Shown: positions 13,101 to 32,704 of the stretch, in pieces
Position numbering within the stretch: the stretch's first letter is position 1
Layout of the letters: each line of letters begins with the position of its first letter
Assembly (NCBI GenBank): GCA_964016885.1
Contig: OZ024765.1
Span: 22,010,001 to 22,074,000 of the forward strand
Length of the DNA: 64,000 nucleotides
Source of the DNA: Eledone cirrhosa
Taxonomy: Eukaryota
Direction of reading: 5' to 3'
Notes under the pieces: model-generated
Told to the model about the DNA's origin: nothing
The model's input: only the letters and a program-made list of their open reading frames with translations
Database searches by the model: none
Program-made: the position numbers and the translations under genes

Positions 13101-16100
13101 AGAGAGGCACATACACTGACATACATACAGAGAGACACATACACTGACATACATACAGAGAGACACACATACACTGACATATATACAGAGAGACACACAT
13201 ACACTGACATACATACAGAGAGGCACACATACACAGACATACATACAGAGAGACACATACACTGACATACATAGAGACACACTGACATACATACAGACAC
13301 ATACACTGACATACATACAGAGAGACACATACACTGACATACATACAGAGAGACACATACACTGACATACATACAGAGAGACACATACACTGACATACAT
13401 ACAGAGAGACACATACACTGACATACATACAGAGAGACACACATACACTGACATACATACAGAGAGGCACATACACTGACATACATACAGAGACACATAC
13501 ACTGACATACATACAGAGAGACACACATACACTGACATACATACAGAGAGACACATATACACTGACATACATACAGAGAGACACATACACTGACATACAT
13601 ACAGAGAGACACACATACACTGACATACATACAGAGAGGCACACATACACTGACATACATACAGAGAGACACATACACTGACATACATACAGAGAGACAC
13701 ACATACACTGACATACATACAGAGAGGCACACATACACTGACATACATACAGAGAGACACATACACTGACATACATACAGAGAGACACACATACACTGAC
13801 ATACATACAGAGAGGCACACATACACTGACATACATACAGAGAGCACACATACACTGACATACATACAGAGAGACACACATACACTGACATACATACAGA
13901 GAGACACATACACTGACATACATACAGAGAGACACACATACACTGACATACATACAGAGAGACACATACACTGACATACATACAGAGAGACACACATACA
14001 CTGACATACATACAGAGAGACACATACACTGACATACATACAGAGAGACACACATACACTGACATACATACAGAGAGACACACATACACTGACATACATA
14101 CAGAGACACATACACTGACATACATACAGAGAGGCACATACACTGACATACATACAGAGACACATACACTGACATACATACAGAGAGACACATACACTGA
14201 CATACATACAGACACACATACACTGACATACATACAGAGAGACACATACACTGACATACATACAGAGAGACACACATACACTGACATACATACAGAGAGG
14301 CACATACACTGACATACATACAGAGACACATACACTGACATACATACAGAGAGACACATACACTGACATACATACAGAGCACACATACACTGACATACAT
14401 ACAGAGAGACACATACACTGACATACATACAGAGAGGACACACATACACTGACATACATACAGAGAGACACACATACACTGACATACATACAGAGAGACA
14501 CACATACACTGACATACATACAGAGAGGACACATACACTGACATACATACAGAGAGACACATACACTGACATACATACAGAGAGACACATACACTGACAT
14601 ACATACAGAGAGACACACATACACTGACATACATACAGAGAGACACATACACTGACATACATACAGAGAGACACACATACACTGACATACATACAGAGAG
14701 ACACACATACACTGACATACATACAGAGAGACACACATACACTGACATACATACAGAGAGGACACACATACACTGACATACATACAGAGAGACACACATA
14801 CACTGACATACATACAGAGAGACACACATACACTGACATACATACAGAGAGACACACATACACTGACATACATACAGAGAGACACATACACTGACATACA
14901 TACAGAGAGACACATACACTGACATACATACAGAGAGACACACATACACTGACATACATACAGAGAGACACATACACTGACATACATACAGAGAGACACA
15001 CATACACTGACATACATACAGAGAGACACACATACACTGACATACATACAGAGAGACACATACACTGACATACATACAGAGAGACACATACACTGACATA
15101 CATACAGAGAGACACATACACTGACATACATACAGAGAGACACATACACTGACATACATACAGAGAGACACATACACTGACATACATACAGAGAGGCACA
15201 CATACACTGACATACATACAGAGAGACACATACACTGACATACATACAGAGAGACACACATACACTGACATACATACAGAGAGAGACATACACTGACATA
15301 CATACAGAGAGACACATACACTGACATACATACAGAGAGGCACATACACTGACATACATACAGAGAGACACATACACTGACATACATACAGAGAGGCACA
15401 TACACTGACATACATACAGAGAGACACATACACTGACATACATACAGAGAGACACATACACTGACATACATACAGAGAGGCACATACACTGACATACATA
15501 CAGAGAGACACATACACTGACATACATACAGAGAGGACACATACACTGACATACATACAGAGAGAGACATACACTGACATATATACAGAGAGACACATAC
15601 ACTGACATACATACAGAGAGGCACATACACTGACATACATACAGAGAGGACACACATACACTGACATACATACAGAGAGACACACATACACTGACATACA
15701 TACAGAGAGAACACATACACTGACATACATACAGAGAGACACATACACTGACATACATACAGAGAGACACACATACACTGACATACATACAGAGAGACAC
15801 ATACACTGACATACATACAGAGAGACACATACACTGACATACATACAGAGAGACACATACACTGACATACATACAGAGAGACACATACACTGACATACAT
15901 ACAGAGAGGACACATACACTGACATACATACAGAGAGGACACATACACTGACATACATACAGAGAGACACATACACTGACATACATACAGAGAGGACACA
16001 CATACACTGACATACATACAGAGAGACACATACACTGACATACATACAGAGAGACACACATACACTGACATACATACAGAGAGACACATACACTGACATA

Positions 16101-19100
16101 CATACAGAGAGACACACATACACTGACATACATACAGAGAGACACATACACTGACATACATACAGAGAGGCACATACACTGACATACATACAGAGACACA
16201 TACACTGACATACATACAGAGAGGCACACATACATACAGAGAGACACACATACACTGACATACATACAGAGAGACACACATACACTGACATACATACAGA
16301 GAGACACACATACACTGACATACATACAGAGAGGCACATACACTGACATACATACAGAGAGGCACACATACATACAGAGAGACACACATACACTGACATA
16401 CATACAGAGAGGCACATACACTGACATACATACAGAGACACATACACTGACATACATACAGAGAGACACACATACACTGACATACATACAGAGAGACACA
16501 TACACTGACATACATACAGAGAGGCACACATACACTGACATACATACAGAGAGACACATACACTGACATACATACAGAGAGAGACATACACTGACATACA
16601 TACAGAGAGACACACATACACTGACATACATACAGAGAGGCACACATACACTGACATACATACAGAGAGAGACATACACTGACATACATACAGAGAGACA
16701 CACATACACTGACATACATACAGAGAGGCACACATACACTGACATACATACAGAGAGAGACATACACTGACATACATACAGAGAGGCACACATACACTGA
16801 CATACATACAGAGCACACATACACTGACATACATACAGAGAGACACATACACTGACATACATACAGAGAGGACACACATACACTGACATACATACAGAGA
16901 GACACACATACACTGACATACATACAGAGAGGCACACATACACTGACATACATACAGAGAGACACATACACTGACATACATACAGAGAGAGACACACAAC
17001 ACTGACATACATACAGAGAGACACATACACTGACATACATACAGAGAGACACATACACTGACATACATACAGAGAGACACACATACACTGACATACATAC
17101 AGAGAGGCACACATACACTGACATACATACAGAGAGACACATACACTGACATACATACAGAGAGGCACACATACACTGACATACATACAGACACACATAC
17201 ACTGACATACATACAGAGAGGACACACATACACTGACATACATACAGAGAGACACACACACTGACATACATACAGAGAGACACATACACTGACATACATA
17301 CAGAGAGACACATACACTGACATACATACAGAGAGCACACATACACTGACATACATACAGAGAGGCACACATACACTGACATACATACAGAGACACACAT
17401 ACACTGACATACATACAGAGAGACACATACACTGACATACATACAGAGAGACACATACACTGACATACATACAGAGAGACACATACACTGACATACATAC
17501 AGAGAGACACATACACTGACATACATACAGAGAGGCACATACACTGACATACATACAGAGAGAGACACATACACTGACATACATACAGAGAGAGACATAC
17601 ACTGACATACATACAGAGAGGCACACATACACTGACATACATACAGAGAGAGACATACACTGACATACATACAGAGAGAGACATACACTGACATACATAC
17701 AGAGAGGCACACATACACTGACATACATACAGAGAGAGACCATACACTGACATACATACAGAGAGAGACATACACTGACATACATACAGAGAGGCACACA
17801 TACACTGACATACATACAGAGAGAGACATACACTGACATACATACAGAGAGGCACACATACACTGACATACATACAGAGAGGACACATACACTGACATAC
17901 ATACAGAGAGAGACATACACTGACATACATACAGAGAGGCACACATACACTGACATACATACAGAGAGAGACATACACTGACATACATACAGAGAGAGAC
18001 ATACACTGACATACATACAGAGAGGCACACATACACTGACATACATACAGAGAGACACATACACTGACATACATACAGAGAGACACACATACACTGACAT
18101 ACATACAGAGAGACACACATACACTGACATACATACAGAGAGGCACACATACACTGACATACATACAGAGAGACACATACACTGACATACATACAGAGAG
18201 AGACATACACTGACATACATACAGAGAGACACATACACTGACATACATACAGAGAGAGACATACACTGACATACATACAGAGAGGCACACATACACTGAC
18301 ATACATACAGAGAGACACATACACTGACATACATACAGAGAGAGACATACACTGACATACATACAGAGAGACACATACACTGACATACATACAGAGAGAC
18401 ATACACTGACATACATACAGAGAGGCACACATACACTGACATACATACAGAGAGAGACATACACTGACATACATACAGAGAGAGACATACACTGACATAC
18501 ATACAGAGAGAGACATACACTGACATACATACAGAGAGACACATACACTGACATACATACAGAGAGAGACACATACACTGACATACATACAGAGAGGCAC
18601 ACATACACTGACATACATACAGAGAGAGACATACACTGACATACATACAGAGAGAGAGACATACACTGACATACATACAGAGAGAGACATACACTGACAT
18701 ACATACAGAGAGAGACATACACTGACATACATACAGAGAGGCACACATACACTGACATACATACAGAGAGGACACATACACTGACATACATACAGAGAGA
18801 CACACATACACTGACATACATACAGAGAGAGACATACACTGACATACATACAGAGAGCACACATACACTGACATACATACAGAGAGACACATACACTGAC
18901 ATACATACAGAGAGACACACATACACTGACATACATACAGAGAGAGACACATACACTGACATACNNNNNNNNNNNNNNNNNNNNNNNNNNNNNNNNNNNN
19001 NNNNNNNNNNNNNNNNNNNNNNNNNNNNNNNNNNNNNNNNNNNNNNNNNNNNNNNNNNNNNNNNNNNNNNNNNNNNNNNNNNNNNNNNNNNNNNNNNNNN

Positions 19101-22100
19101 NNNNNNNNNNNNNNNNNNNNNNNNNNNNNNNNNNNNNNNNNNNNNNNNNNNNNNNNNNNNNNNNACTCTACCACATACACTGACATACATACAGAGAGCA
19201 CACATACACTGACATACATACAGAGAGACACATACACTGACATACATACAGAGAGACACACATACACTGACATACATACAGAGAGACACACATACACTGA
19301 CATACATACAGAGAGAGACACATACACTGACATACATACAGAGAGACACACATACACTGACATACATACAGAGAGACACATACACTGACATACATACAGA
19401 GAGAGACACATACACTGACATACATACAGAGAGACACATACACTGACATACATACAGAGAGACACATACACTGACATACATACAGAGAGACACACATACA
19501 CTGACATACATACAGAGAGACACACATACACTGACATACATACAGAGAGAGACATACACACTGACATACATACAGAGAGACACATACACTGACATACATC
19601 AGACATACCTGACATACATACAGAGAGACACACATACACTGACATACATACAGAGAGACACATACACTGACATACATACAGAGAGACACATACACTGACA
19701 TACATACAGAGAGACACACATACACTGACATACATACAGAGAGACACACATACACTGACATACATACAGAGAGACACATACACTGACATACATACAGAGA
19801 GACACACATACACTGACATACATACAGAGAGACACACATACACTGACATACATACAGAGAGACACACATACACTGACATACATACAGAGAGACACATACA
19901 CTGACATACATACAGAGAGACACACATACACTGACATACATACAGAGAGACACATACACTGACATACATACAGAGAGACACATACACTGACATACATACA
20001 GAGAGAGACACATACACTGACATACATACAGAGAGAGCACCATACACTGACATACATACAGAGAGACACATACACTGACATACATACAGAGAGACACATA
20101 CACTGACATACATACAGAGAGACACATACACTGACATACATACAGAGAGACACACATACACTGACATACATACAGAGAGGACACATACACTGACATACAT
20201 ACAGAGAGACACATACACTGACATACATACAGAGAGACACACATACACTGACATACATACAGAGAGAGCACACATACACTGACATACATACAGAGAGACA
20301 CACATACACTGACATACATACAGAGAGACACATACACTGACATACATACAGAGAGACACATACACTGACATACATACAGAGAGACACACATACACTGACA
20401 TACATACAGAGAGACACATACACTGACATACATACAGAGAGACACACATACACTGACATACATACAGAGAGACACATACACTGACATACATACAGAGAGA
20501 CACATACACTGACATACATACAGAGAGAGACACATACACTGACATACATACAGAGAGAGCACATACACTGACATACATACAGAGAGAGCACACATACACT
20601 GACATACATACAGAGAGACACACATACACTGACATACATACAGAGAGACACATACACTGACATACATACAGAGAGACACCATACACTGACATACATACAG
20701 AGAGAGACACATACACTGACATACATACAGAGAGACACATACACTGACATACATACAGAGAGACACATACACTGACATACATACAGAGAGACACATACAC
20801 TGACATACATACAGAGAGACACATACACTGACATACATACAGAGAGAGACACATACACTGACATACATACAGAGAGACACATACACTGACATACATACAG
20901 AGAGACACATACACTGACATACATACAGAGAGACACATACACTGACATACATACAGAGAGACACATACACTGACATACATACAGAGAGACATACACTGAC
21001 ATACATACAGAGAGACACACATACACTGACATACATACAGAGAGACACATACACTGACATACATACAGAGAGACACATACACTGACATACATACAGAGAG
21101 ACACACATACACTGACATACATACAGAGAGACACATACACTGACATACATACAGAGAGACATACACTGACATACATACAGAGAGAGACACATACACTGAC
21201 ATACATACAGAGAGACATACACTGACATACATACAGAGACACATACACTGACATACATACAGAGAGACACATACACTGACATACATACAGAGAGACACAT
21301 ACACTGACATACATACAGAGAGACACATACACTGACATACATACAGAGAGACACACATACACTGACATACATACAGAGAGACACACATACACTGACATAC
21401 ATACAGAGAGACACACATACACTGACATACATACAGAGAGACACCATACACTGACATACATACAGAGAGACCACTACACTGACATACATACAGAGAGACA
21501 CATACACTGACATACATACAGAGAGACACACATACACTGACATACATACAGAGAGACACATACACTGACATACATACAGAGAGACACATACACTGACATA
21601 CATACAGAGAGACACATACACTGACATACATACAGAGAGACACACATACACTGACATACATACAGAGAGAGACACATACACTGACATACATACAGAGAGA
21701 CACATACACTGACATACATACAGAGAGACACATACACTGACATACATAGAGAACACATACACTGACATACATACAGAGAGACACATACACTGACATACAT
21801 ACAGAGAGACACACATACACTGACATACATACAGAGAGACACACATACACTGACATACATACAGAGAGACACATACACTGACATACATACAGAGAGACAC
21901 ACATACACTGACATACATACAGAGAGACACATACACTGACATACATACAGAGAGACACATACACTGACATACATACAGAGAGACACATACACTGACATAC
22001 ATACAGAGAGACACATACACTGACATACATACAGAGAGACACACTACACTGACATACATACAGAGGAGACACATACACTGACATACATACAGAGAGACAC

Positions 22101-25100
22101 ACATAACACTGACATACATACAGAGAGACACATACACTGACATACATACAGAGAGGACACATACACTGACATACATACAGAGAGACACATACACTGACAT
22201 ACATACAGAGAGACACACATACACTGACATACATACAGAGAGACACATACACTGACATACATACAGAGAGACACATACACTGACATACATACAGAGAGAC
22301 ACATACACTGACATACATACAGAGAGACACATACACTGACATACATACAGAGAGACACATACACTGACATACATACAGAGAGACACATACACTGACATAC
22401 ATACAGAGAGACACACATACACTGACATACATACAGAGAGACACATACACTGACATACATACAGAGAGACACATACACTGACATACATACAGAGAGACAC
22501 ATACACTGACATACATACAGAGAGACACATACACTGACATACATACAGAGAGGCACACATACACTGACATACATACAGAGAGACACATACACTGACATAC
22601 ATACAGAGAGACACACATACACTGACATACATACAGAGAGACACATACACTGACATACATACAGAGAGACACATACACTGACATACATACAGAGAGACAC
22701 ACATACACTGACATACATACAGAGACAATACACTGACATACATACAGAGACACATACACTGACATACATACAGAGAGACACATACACTGACATACATACA
22801 GAGAGACACATACACTGACATACATACAGAGAGACACATACACTGACATACATACAGAGAGACACACATACACTGACATACATACAGAGAGGACACATAC
22901 ACTGACATACATACAGAGAGACACACATACACTGACATACATACAGAGAGACACATACACTGACATACATACAGAGAGACACATACACTGACATACATAC
23001 AGAGAGACACACATACACTGACATACATACAGAGAGACACATACACTGACATACATACAGAGAGACACACATACACTGACATACATACAGAGAGACACAT
23101 ACACTGACATACATACAGAGAGACACACATACACTGACATACATACAGAGAGACACATACACTGACATACATACAGAGAGACACACATACACTGACATAC
23201 ATACAGAGAGACACACATACACTGACATACATACAGAGAGACACACATACACTGACATACATACAGAGAGACACATACACTGACATACATACAGAGAGAC
23301 ACACATACACTGACATACATACAGAGAGACACATACACTGACATACATACAGAGAGACACATACACTGACATACATACAGAGAGACACACATACACTGAC
23401 ATACATACAGAGAGACACACATACACTGACATACATACAGAGAGACACACATACACTGACATACATACAGAGAGACACATACACTGACATACATACAGAG
23501 AGACACATACACTGACATACATACAGAGAGACACATACACTGACATACATACAGAGAGACACATACACTGACATACATACAGAGAGACCACATACACTGA
23601 CATACATACAGAGAGACACATACACTGACATACATACAGAGAGACACACATACACTGACATACATACAGAGAGACACACATACACTGACATACATACAGA
23701 GAGACACATACACTGACATACATACAGAGAGACACATACACTGACATACATACAGAGAGGACACATACACTGACATACATACAGAGAGAGACACATACAC
23801 TGACATACATACAGAGAGACACATACACTGACATACATACAGAGAGAACACATACACTGACATACATACAGAGAGACACATACACTGACATACATACAGA
23901 GAGACCACATACACTGACATACATACAGAGAGACACATACACTGACATACATACAGAGAGACACATACACTGACATACATACAGAGAGACACATACACTG
24001 ACATACATACAGAGAGACACATACACTGACATACATACAGAGAGACACATACACTGACATACATACAGAGAGACACATACACTGACATACATACAGAGAG
24101 ACACACATACACTGACATACATACAGAGAGACACATACACTGACATACATACAGAGAGACACATACACTGACATACATACAGAGAGACACACATACACTG
24201 ACATACATACAGAGAGCACCATACATACAGAGAGACACATACACTGACATACATACAGAGAGACACACATACACTGACATACATACAGAGAGACACACAT
24301 ACACTGACATACATACAGAGAGACACACATACACTGACATACATACAGAGAGACACACATACACTGACATACATACAGAGAGACACATACACTGACATAC
24401 ATACAGAGAGACACACATACACTGACATACATACAGAGAGACACACATACACTGACATACATACAGAGAGACACACATACACTGACATACATACAGAGAG
24501 ACACATACACTGACATACATACAGAGAGACACATACACTGACATACATACAGAGAGAGACACATACACTGACATACATACAGAGAGACACACATACACTG
24601 ACATACATACAGAGAGACACACATACACTGACATACATACAGAGAGACACACATACACTGACATACATACAGAGAGACCACATACACTGACATACATACA
24701 GAGAGACACACATACACTGACATACATACAGAGAGACACACATACACTGACATACATACAGAGAGAGACACATACACTGACATACATACAGAGAGACACA
24801 TACACTGACATACATACAGAGAGACACACATACACTGACATACATACAGAGAGACACATACACTGACATACATACAGAGAGACACCATACACTGACATAC
24901 ATACAGAGAGCACACATACACTGACATACATACAGAGAGACACACATACACTGACATACATACAGAGAGCACACATACACTGACATACATACAGAGAGAC
25001 ACATACACTGACATACATACAGAGAGACACATACACTGACATACATACAGAGAGACACATACACTGACATACATACAGAGAGACACATACACTGACATAC

Positions 25101-28100
25101 ATACAGAGAGACACATACACTGACATACATACAGAGAGACACATACACTGACATACATACAGAGAGACACACATACACTGACATACATACAGAGAGGACA
25201 CATACACTGACATACATACAGAGAGGCACACATACACTGACATACATACAGAGAGACACACATACACTGACATACATACAGAGAGACACACATACACTGA
25301 CATACATACAGAGAGACACACATACACTGACATACATACAGAGAGACACATACACTGACATACATACAGAGAGACACATACACTGACATACATACAGAGA
25401 GACACATACACTGACATACATACAGAGAGACACATACACTGACATACATACAGAGAGGCACATACACTGACATACATACAGAGAGAGACACATACACTGA
25501 CATACATACAGAGAGAGACACATACACTGACATACATACAGAGAGACACATACACTGACATACATACAGAGAGACACATACACTGACATACATACAGAGA
25601 GACACACATACACTGACATACATACAGAGAGACACATACACTGACATACATACAGAGAGACACACATACACTGACATACATACAGAGAGACACATACACT
25701 GACATACATACAGAGAGAGACACATACACTGACATACATACAGAGAGACACATACACTGACATACATACAGAGAGACACATACACTGACATACATACAGA
25801 GAGACACACATACACTGACATACATACAGAGAGACACACATACACTGACATACATACAGAGAGACACACATACACTGACATACATACAGAGAGACCACAT
25901 ACACTGACATACATACAGAGAGACACATACACTGACATACATACAGAGAGGACACATACACTGACATACATACAGAGAGACACATACACTGACATACATA
26001 CAGAGAGACACACATACACTGACATACATACAGAGAGAGACACATACACTGACATACATACAGAGAGACCACATACACTGACATACATACAGAGAGACAC
26101 ACATACACTGACATACATACAGAGAGACACACATACACTGACATACATACAGAGAGGCACACATACACTGACATACATACAGAGAGACACATACACTGAC
26201 ATACATACAGAGAGACACACATACACTGACATACATACAGAGAGGCACACATACACTGACATACATACAGAGAGACACATACACTGACATACATACAGAG
26301 AGACACATACACTGACATACATACAGAGAGACACACATACACTGACATACATACAGAGAGAGACACATACACTGACATACATACAGAGAGACACACATAC
26401 ACTGACATACATACAGAGAGACACACATACACTGACATACATACAGAGAGAGACATACACTGACATACATACAGAGAGACACACATACACTGACATACAT
26501 ACAGAGAGACACATACACTGACATACATACAGAGAGACACACATACACTGACATACATACAGACACACATACACTGACATACATACAGAGAGACACATAC
26601 ACTGACATACATACAGAGAGACACACATACACTGACATACATACAGAGAGACACATACACTGACATACATACAGAGAGACACATACACTGACATACATAC
26701 AGAGAGACACATACACTGACATACATACAGAGAGACACACATACACTGACATACATACAGAGAGACACATACACTGACATACATACAGAGAGACACATAC
26801 ACTGACATACATACAGAGAGACACACATACACTGACATACATACAGAGAGGCACACATACACTGACATACATACAGAGAGACACATACACTGACATACAT
26901 ACAGAGAGACACACATACACTGACATACATACAGAGAGACACATACACTGACATACATACAGAGAGACACATACACTGACATACATACAGAGAGACACAT
27001 ACACTGACATACATACAGAGAGACACACATACACTGACATACATACAGAGAGACACACATACACTGACATACATACAGAGAGACACATACACTGACATAC
27101 ATACAGAGAGGACACATACACTGACATACATACAGAGAGACACATACACTGACATACATACAGAGAGACACACATACACTGACATACATACAGAGAGACA
27201 CATACACTGACATACATACAGAGAGACACATACACTGACATACATACAGAGAGACACATACACTGACATACATACAGAGAGACACACATACACTGACATA
27301 CATACAGAGAGACACACATACACTGACATACATACAGAGAGACACATACACTGACATACATACAGAGAGACACATACACTGACATACATACAGAGAGACA
27401 CACATACACTGACATACATACAGAGAGACACACATACACTGACATACATACAGAGAGACACACATACACTGACATACATACAGAGAGACACACATACACT
27501 GACATACATACAGAGAGGCACACATACACTGACATACATACAGAGAGACACACATACACTGACATACATACAGAGAGGCACACATACACTGACATACATA
27601 CAGAGAGACACACATACACTGACATACATACAGAGAGAGACATACACTGACATACATACAGAGAGACACATACACTGACATACATACAGAGAGAGACACA
27701 TACACTGACATACATACAGAGAGAGACACATACACTGACATACATACAGAGAGACACATACACTGACATACATACAGAGAGAGACACATACACTGACATA
27801 CATACAGAGAGAGACACATACACTGACATACATACAGAGAGACACACATACACTGACATACATACAGAGAGGCACACATACACTGACATACATACAGAGA
27901 GACACATACACTGACATACATACAGAGAGACACATACACTGACATACATACAGAGAGACACACATACACTGACATACATACAGAGAGAGACACATACACT
28001 GACATACATACAGAGAGACACACATACACTGACATACATACAGAGAGAGACACATACACTGACATACATACAGAGAGACACATACACTGACATACATACA

Positions 28101-31100
28101 GAGAGAGACACATACACTGACATACATACAGAGAGAGACACATACACTGACATACATACAGAGAGACACACATACACTGACATACATACAGAGAGGCACA
28201 CATACACTGACATACATACAGAGAGACACATACACTGACATACATACAGAGAGACACATACACTGACATACATACAGAGAGACACACATACACTGACATA
28301 CATACAGAGAGAGACACATACACTGACATACATACAGAGAGACACACATACACTGACATACATACAGAGAGACACACATATACTGACATACATACAGAGA
28401 GACACACATACACTGACATACATACAGAGAGACACATACACTGACATACATACAGAGAGACACACATACACTGACATACATACAGACACACATACACTGA
28501 CATACATACAGAGAGACACATACACTGACATACATACAGAGAGACACACATACACTGACATACATACAGAGAGACACATACACTGACATACATACAGAGA
28601 GACACATACACTGACATACATACAGAGAGACACATACACTGACATACATACAGAGAGAGACATACACTGACATACATACAGAGAGACACATACACTGACA
28701 TACATACAGAGAGACACATACACTGACATACATACAGAGAGACACACATACACTGACATACATACAGAGAGAGACATACACTGACATACATACAGAGAGA
28801 CACATACACTGACATACATACAGAGAGACACACATACACTGACATATATACAGAGAGACACACATACACTGACATACATACAGACACACATACACTGACA
28901 TACATACAGAGAGACACACATACACTGACATACATACAGAGAGACACATACACTGACATACATACAGAGAGAGACATACACTGACATACATACAGAGAGA
29001 CACACATACACTGACATACATACAGAGAGACACACATACATACAGAGAGGCACACATACACTGACATACATACAGAGAGACACACATACACTGACATACA
29101 TACAGAGAGACACATACACTGACATACATACAGAGAGACACACATACACTGACATACATACAGAGAGACACACATACACTGACATACATACAGAGAGACA
29201 CATACACTGACATACATACAGAGAGACACACATACACTGACATACATACAGAGAGACACACATACACTGACATACATACAGAGAGACACATACACTGACA
29301 TACATACAGAGAGACACACATACATACAGAGAGACACACATACACTGACATACATACAGAGAGACACATACACTGACATACATACAGAGAGACACATACA
29401 CTGACATACATACAGAGAGACACATACACTGACATACATACAGAGACACACATACACTGACATACATACAGAGAGGCACACATACACTGACATACATACA
29501 GAGAGACACACATACACTGACATACATACAGAGAGAGACACATACACTGACATACATATAGAGAGAGACATACACTGACATACATACAGAGAGACACACA
29601 TACACTGACATACATACAGAGAGGCACACATACACTGACATACATACAGAGAGAGACACATACACTGACATACATACAGAGAGGCACATACACTGACATA
29701 CATACAGAGAGACACATACACTGACATACATACAGAGAGACACATACACTGACATACATACAGAGAGACACATACACTGACATACATACAGAGAGGCACA
29801 TACACTGACATACATACAGAGAGACACATACACTGACATACATACAGAGAGACACACATACACTGACATACATACAGAGAGACACACATACACTGACATA
29901 CATACAGAGAGACACATACACTGACATACATACAGAGAGACACATACACTGACATACATACAGAGAGACACATACACTGACATACATACAGAGAGACACA
30001 TACACTGACATACATACAGAGAGACACATACACTGACATACATACAGAGAGAGACACATACACTGACATACATAGAGACACATACACTGACATACATACA
30101 GACACATACACTGACATACATACAGAGAGACACACATACACTGACATACATACAGAGAGACACACATACACTGACATACATACAGAGAGACACACATACA
30201 CTGACATACATACAGAGAGACACATACACTGACATACATACAGAGAGACACACATACACTGACATACATACAGAGAGACACATACACTGACATACATACA
30301 GAGAGACACATACACTGACATACATACAGAGAGAGACACATACACTGACATACATACAGAGAGGCACATACACTGACATACATACAGAGACACACATACA
30401 CTGACATACATACAGAGAGACACACATACACTGACATACATACAGAGAGACACATACACTGACATACATACAGAGAGACACATACACTGACATACATACA
30501 GAGAGGCACATACACTGACATACATACAGAGAGGCACACATACACTGACATACATACAGAGAGGCACACATACACTGACATACATACAGAGAGACACACA
30601 TACACTGACATACATACAGAGAGACACATACACTGACATACATACAGAGACACACATACACTGACATACATACAGAGACACATACACTGACATACATACA
30701 GAGAGACACATACACTGACATACATACAGAGAGGCACACATACACTGACATACATACAGAGAGACACATACACTGACATACATACAGAGAGACACATACA
30801 CTGACATACATACAGAGAGAGACACATACACTGACATACATACAGAGAGGCACATACACTGACATACATACAGAGACACACATACACTGACATACATACA
30901 GAGAGACACACATACACTGACATACATACAGAGAGACACATACACTGACATACATACAGAGAGACACATACACTGACATACATACAGAGAGGCACATACA
31001 CTCTGACATACATACAGAGAGGCACATACACTGACATACATACAGAGAGACACATACACTGACATACATACAGAGAGAGACACATACACTGACATACATA

Positions 31101-32650
31101 CAGAGAGGCACACATACACTGACATACATACAGAGAGACATACACTGACATACATACAGAGAGAGACACATACACTGACATACATACAGAGAGAGACACA
31201 TACACTGACATACATACAGAGAGACACATACACTGACATACATACAGAGAGAGACATACACTGACATACATACAGAGAGACACATACACTGACATACATA
31301 CAGAGAGAGACACATACACTGACATACATACAGAGAGACACATACACTGACATACATACAGAGAGAGACATACACTGACATACATACAGAGAGAGACATA
31401 CACTGACATACATACAGAGAGACACACATACACTGACATACATACAGAGAGAGACATACACTGACATACATACAGAGACACATACACTGACATACATACA
31501 GAGAGACACACATACACTGACATACATACAGAGAGACACACATACACTGACATACATACAGAGAGACACACATACACTGACATACATACAGAGACACATA
31601 CACTGACATACATACAGAGAGACACACATACACTGACATATATACAGAGAGACACATACACTGACATACATACAGAGGCACACATACACTGACATACATA
31701 CAGAGAGACACACATATACACTGACATACATACAGAGACACATACACTGACATACATACAGAGAGACACACATACACTGACATACATACAGAGGCACACA
31801 TACACTGACATACATACAGAGAGACACACATATACACTGACATACATACAGAGACACATACACTGACATACATACAGAGAGACACACATACACTGACATA
31901 CATACAGAGAGACACACATACACTGACATATATACAGAGAGACACATACACTGACATACATACAGAGAGACACATACACTGACATACATACAGAGAGACA
32001 CATACACTGACAGACATACAGAGAGACACATACACTGACATACATACAGAGAGACACACACTGACATACATACAGAGAGACACACACTGACATACATACA
32101 GAGAGAGATATACACTGACATACATACAGAGAGACACATACACTGACATACATAGAGAGAGACACACATACACTGACATACATACAGAGAGACACATACA
32201 CTGACATACATACAGAGAGAGACATACACTGACATACATACAAAGAGACACATACACTGACATACATACAGAGAGAGATGTACACTGACATACATAGAGA
32301 GAGACACACATACACTGACATACATACAGAGAGACATACACTGACATACATACAGAGAGAGACACATACACTGACATACATAGAGACACATACACTGACA
32401 TACATAGAGACACACTGACATACATACAGACACATACACTGACATACATAGACACACATACACTGACATACATACAGAGAGACACACACACATATTTACA
32501 AACACACATACACATACATACATACAAACACACAGATATACACAGAGAAAAGTACAAACACACACATAGACATACATGGAAGCACATACACATACATACA
32601 AACACACACACACAGAGAGACATACATGGAAACACACACATACACAAACA
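7150..32650. repeat. Giant satellite array, 28-30 bp unit ACACATACACTGACATACATACAGAGAG, about 25.5 kb
   Basis: Uninterrupted head-to-tail units that vary mainly in AC/AG dinucleotide number. Orientation is the same on both sides of the gap. The array degenerates into (CA)n at the right edge. Confidence 0.99.
18965..19164. other. Assembly gap (200 N)
   Basis: Run of N inside the satellite; the true length is unknown. Confidence 0.99.
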
Positions 32651-32704
32651 CTCCCCCACTAAATATTTCAACCAATTAAAAATGTCTTCTTTTGTCTTTT
32701 CCAG

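Noticed and set aside
7005-32671. Giant minus-strand ORFs of up to 6914 aa (MYVSVCVSLC...)
   Set aside because: They are translations of a satellite whose minus strand lacks stop codons in all three frames, and some run through an N gap.
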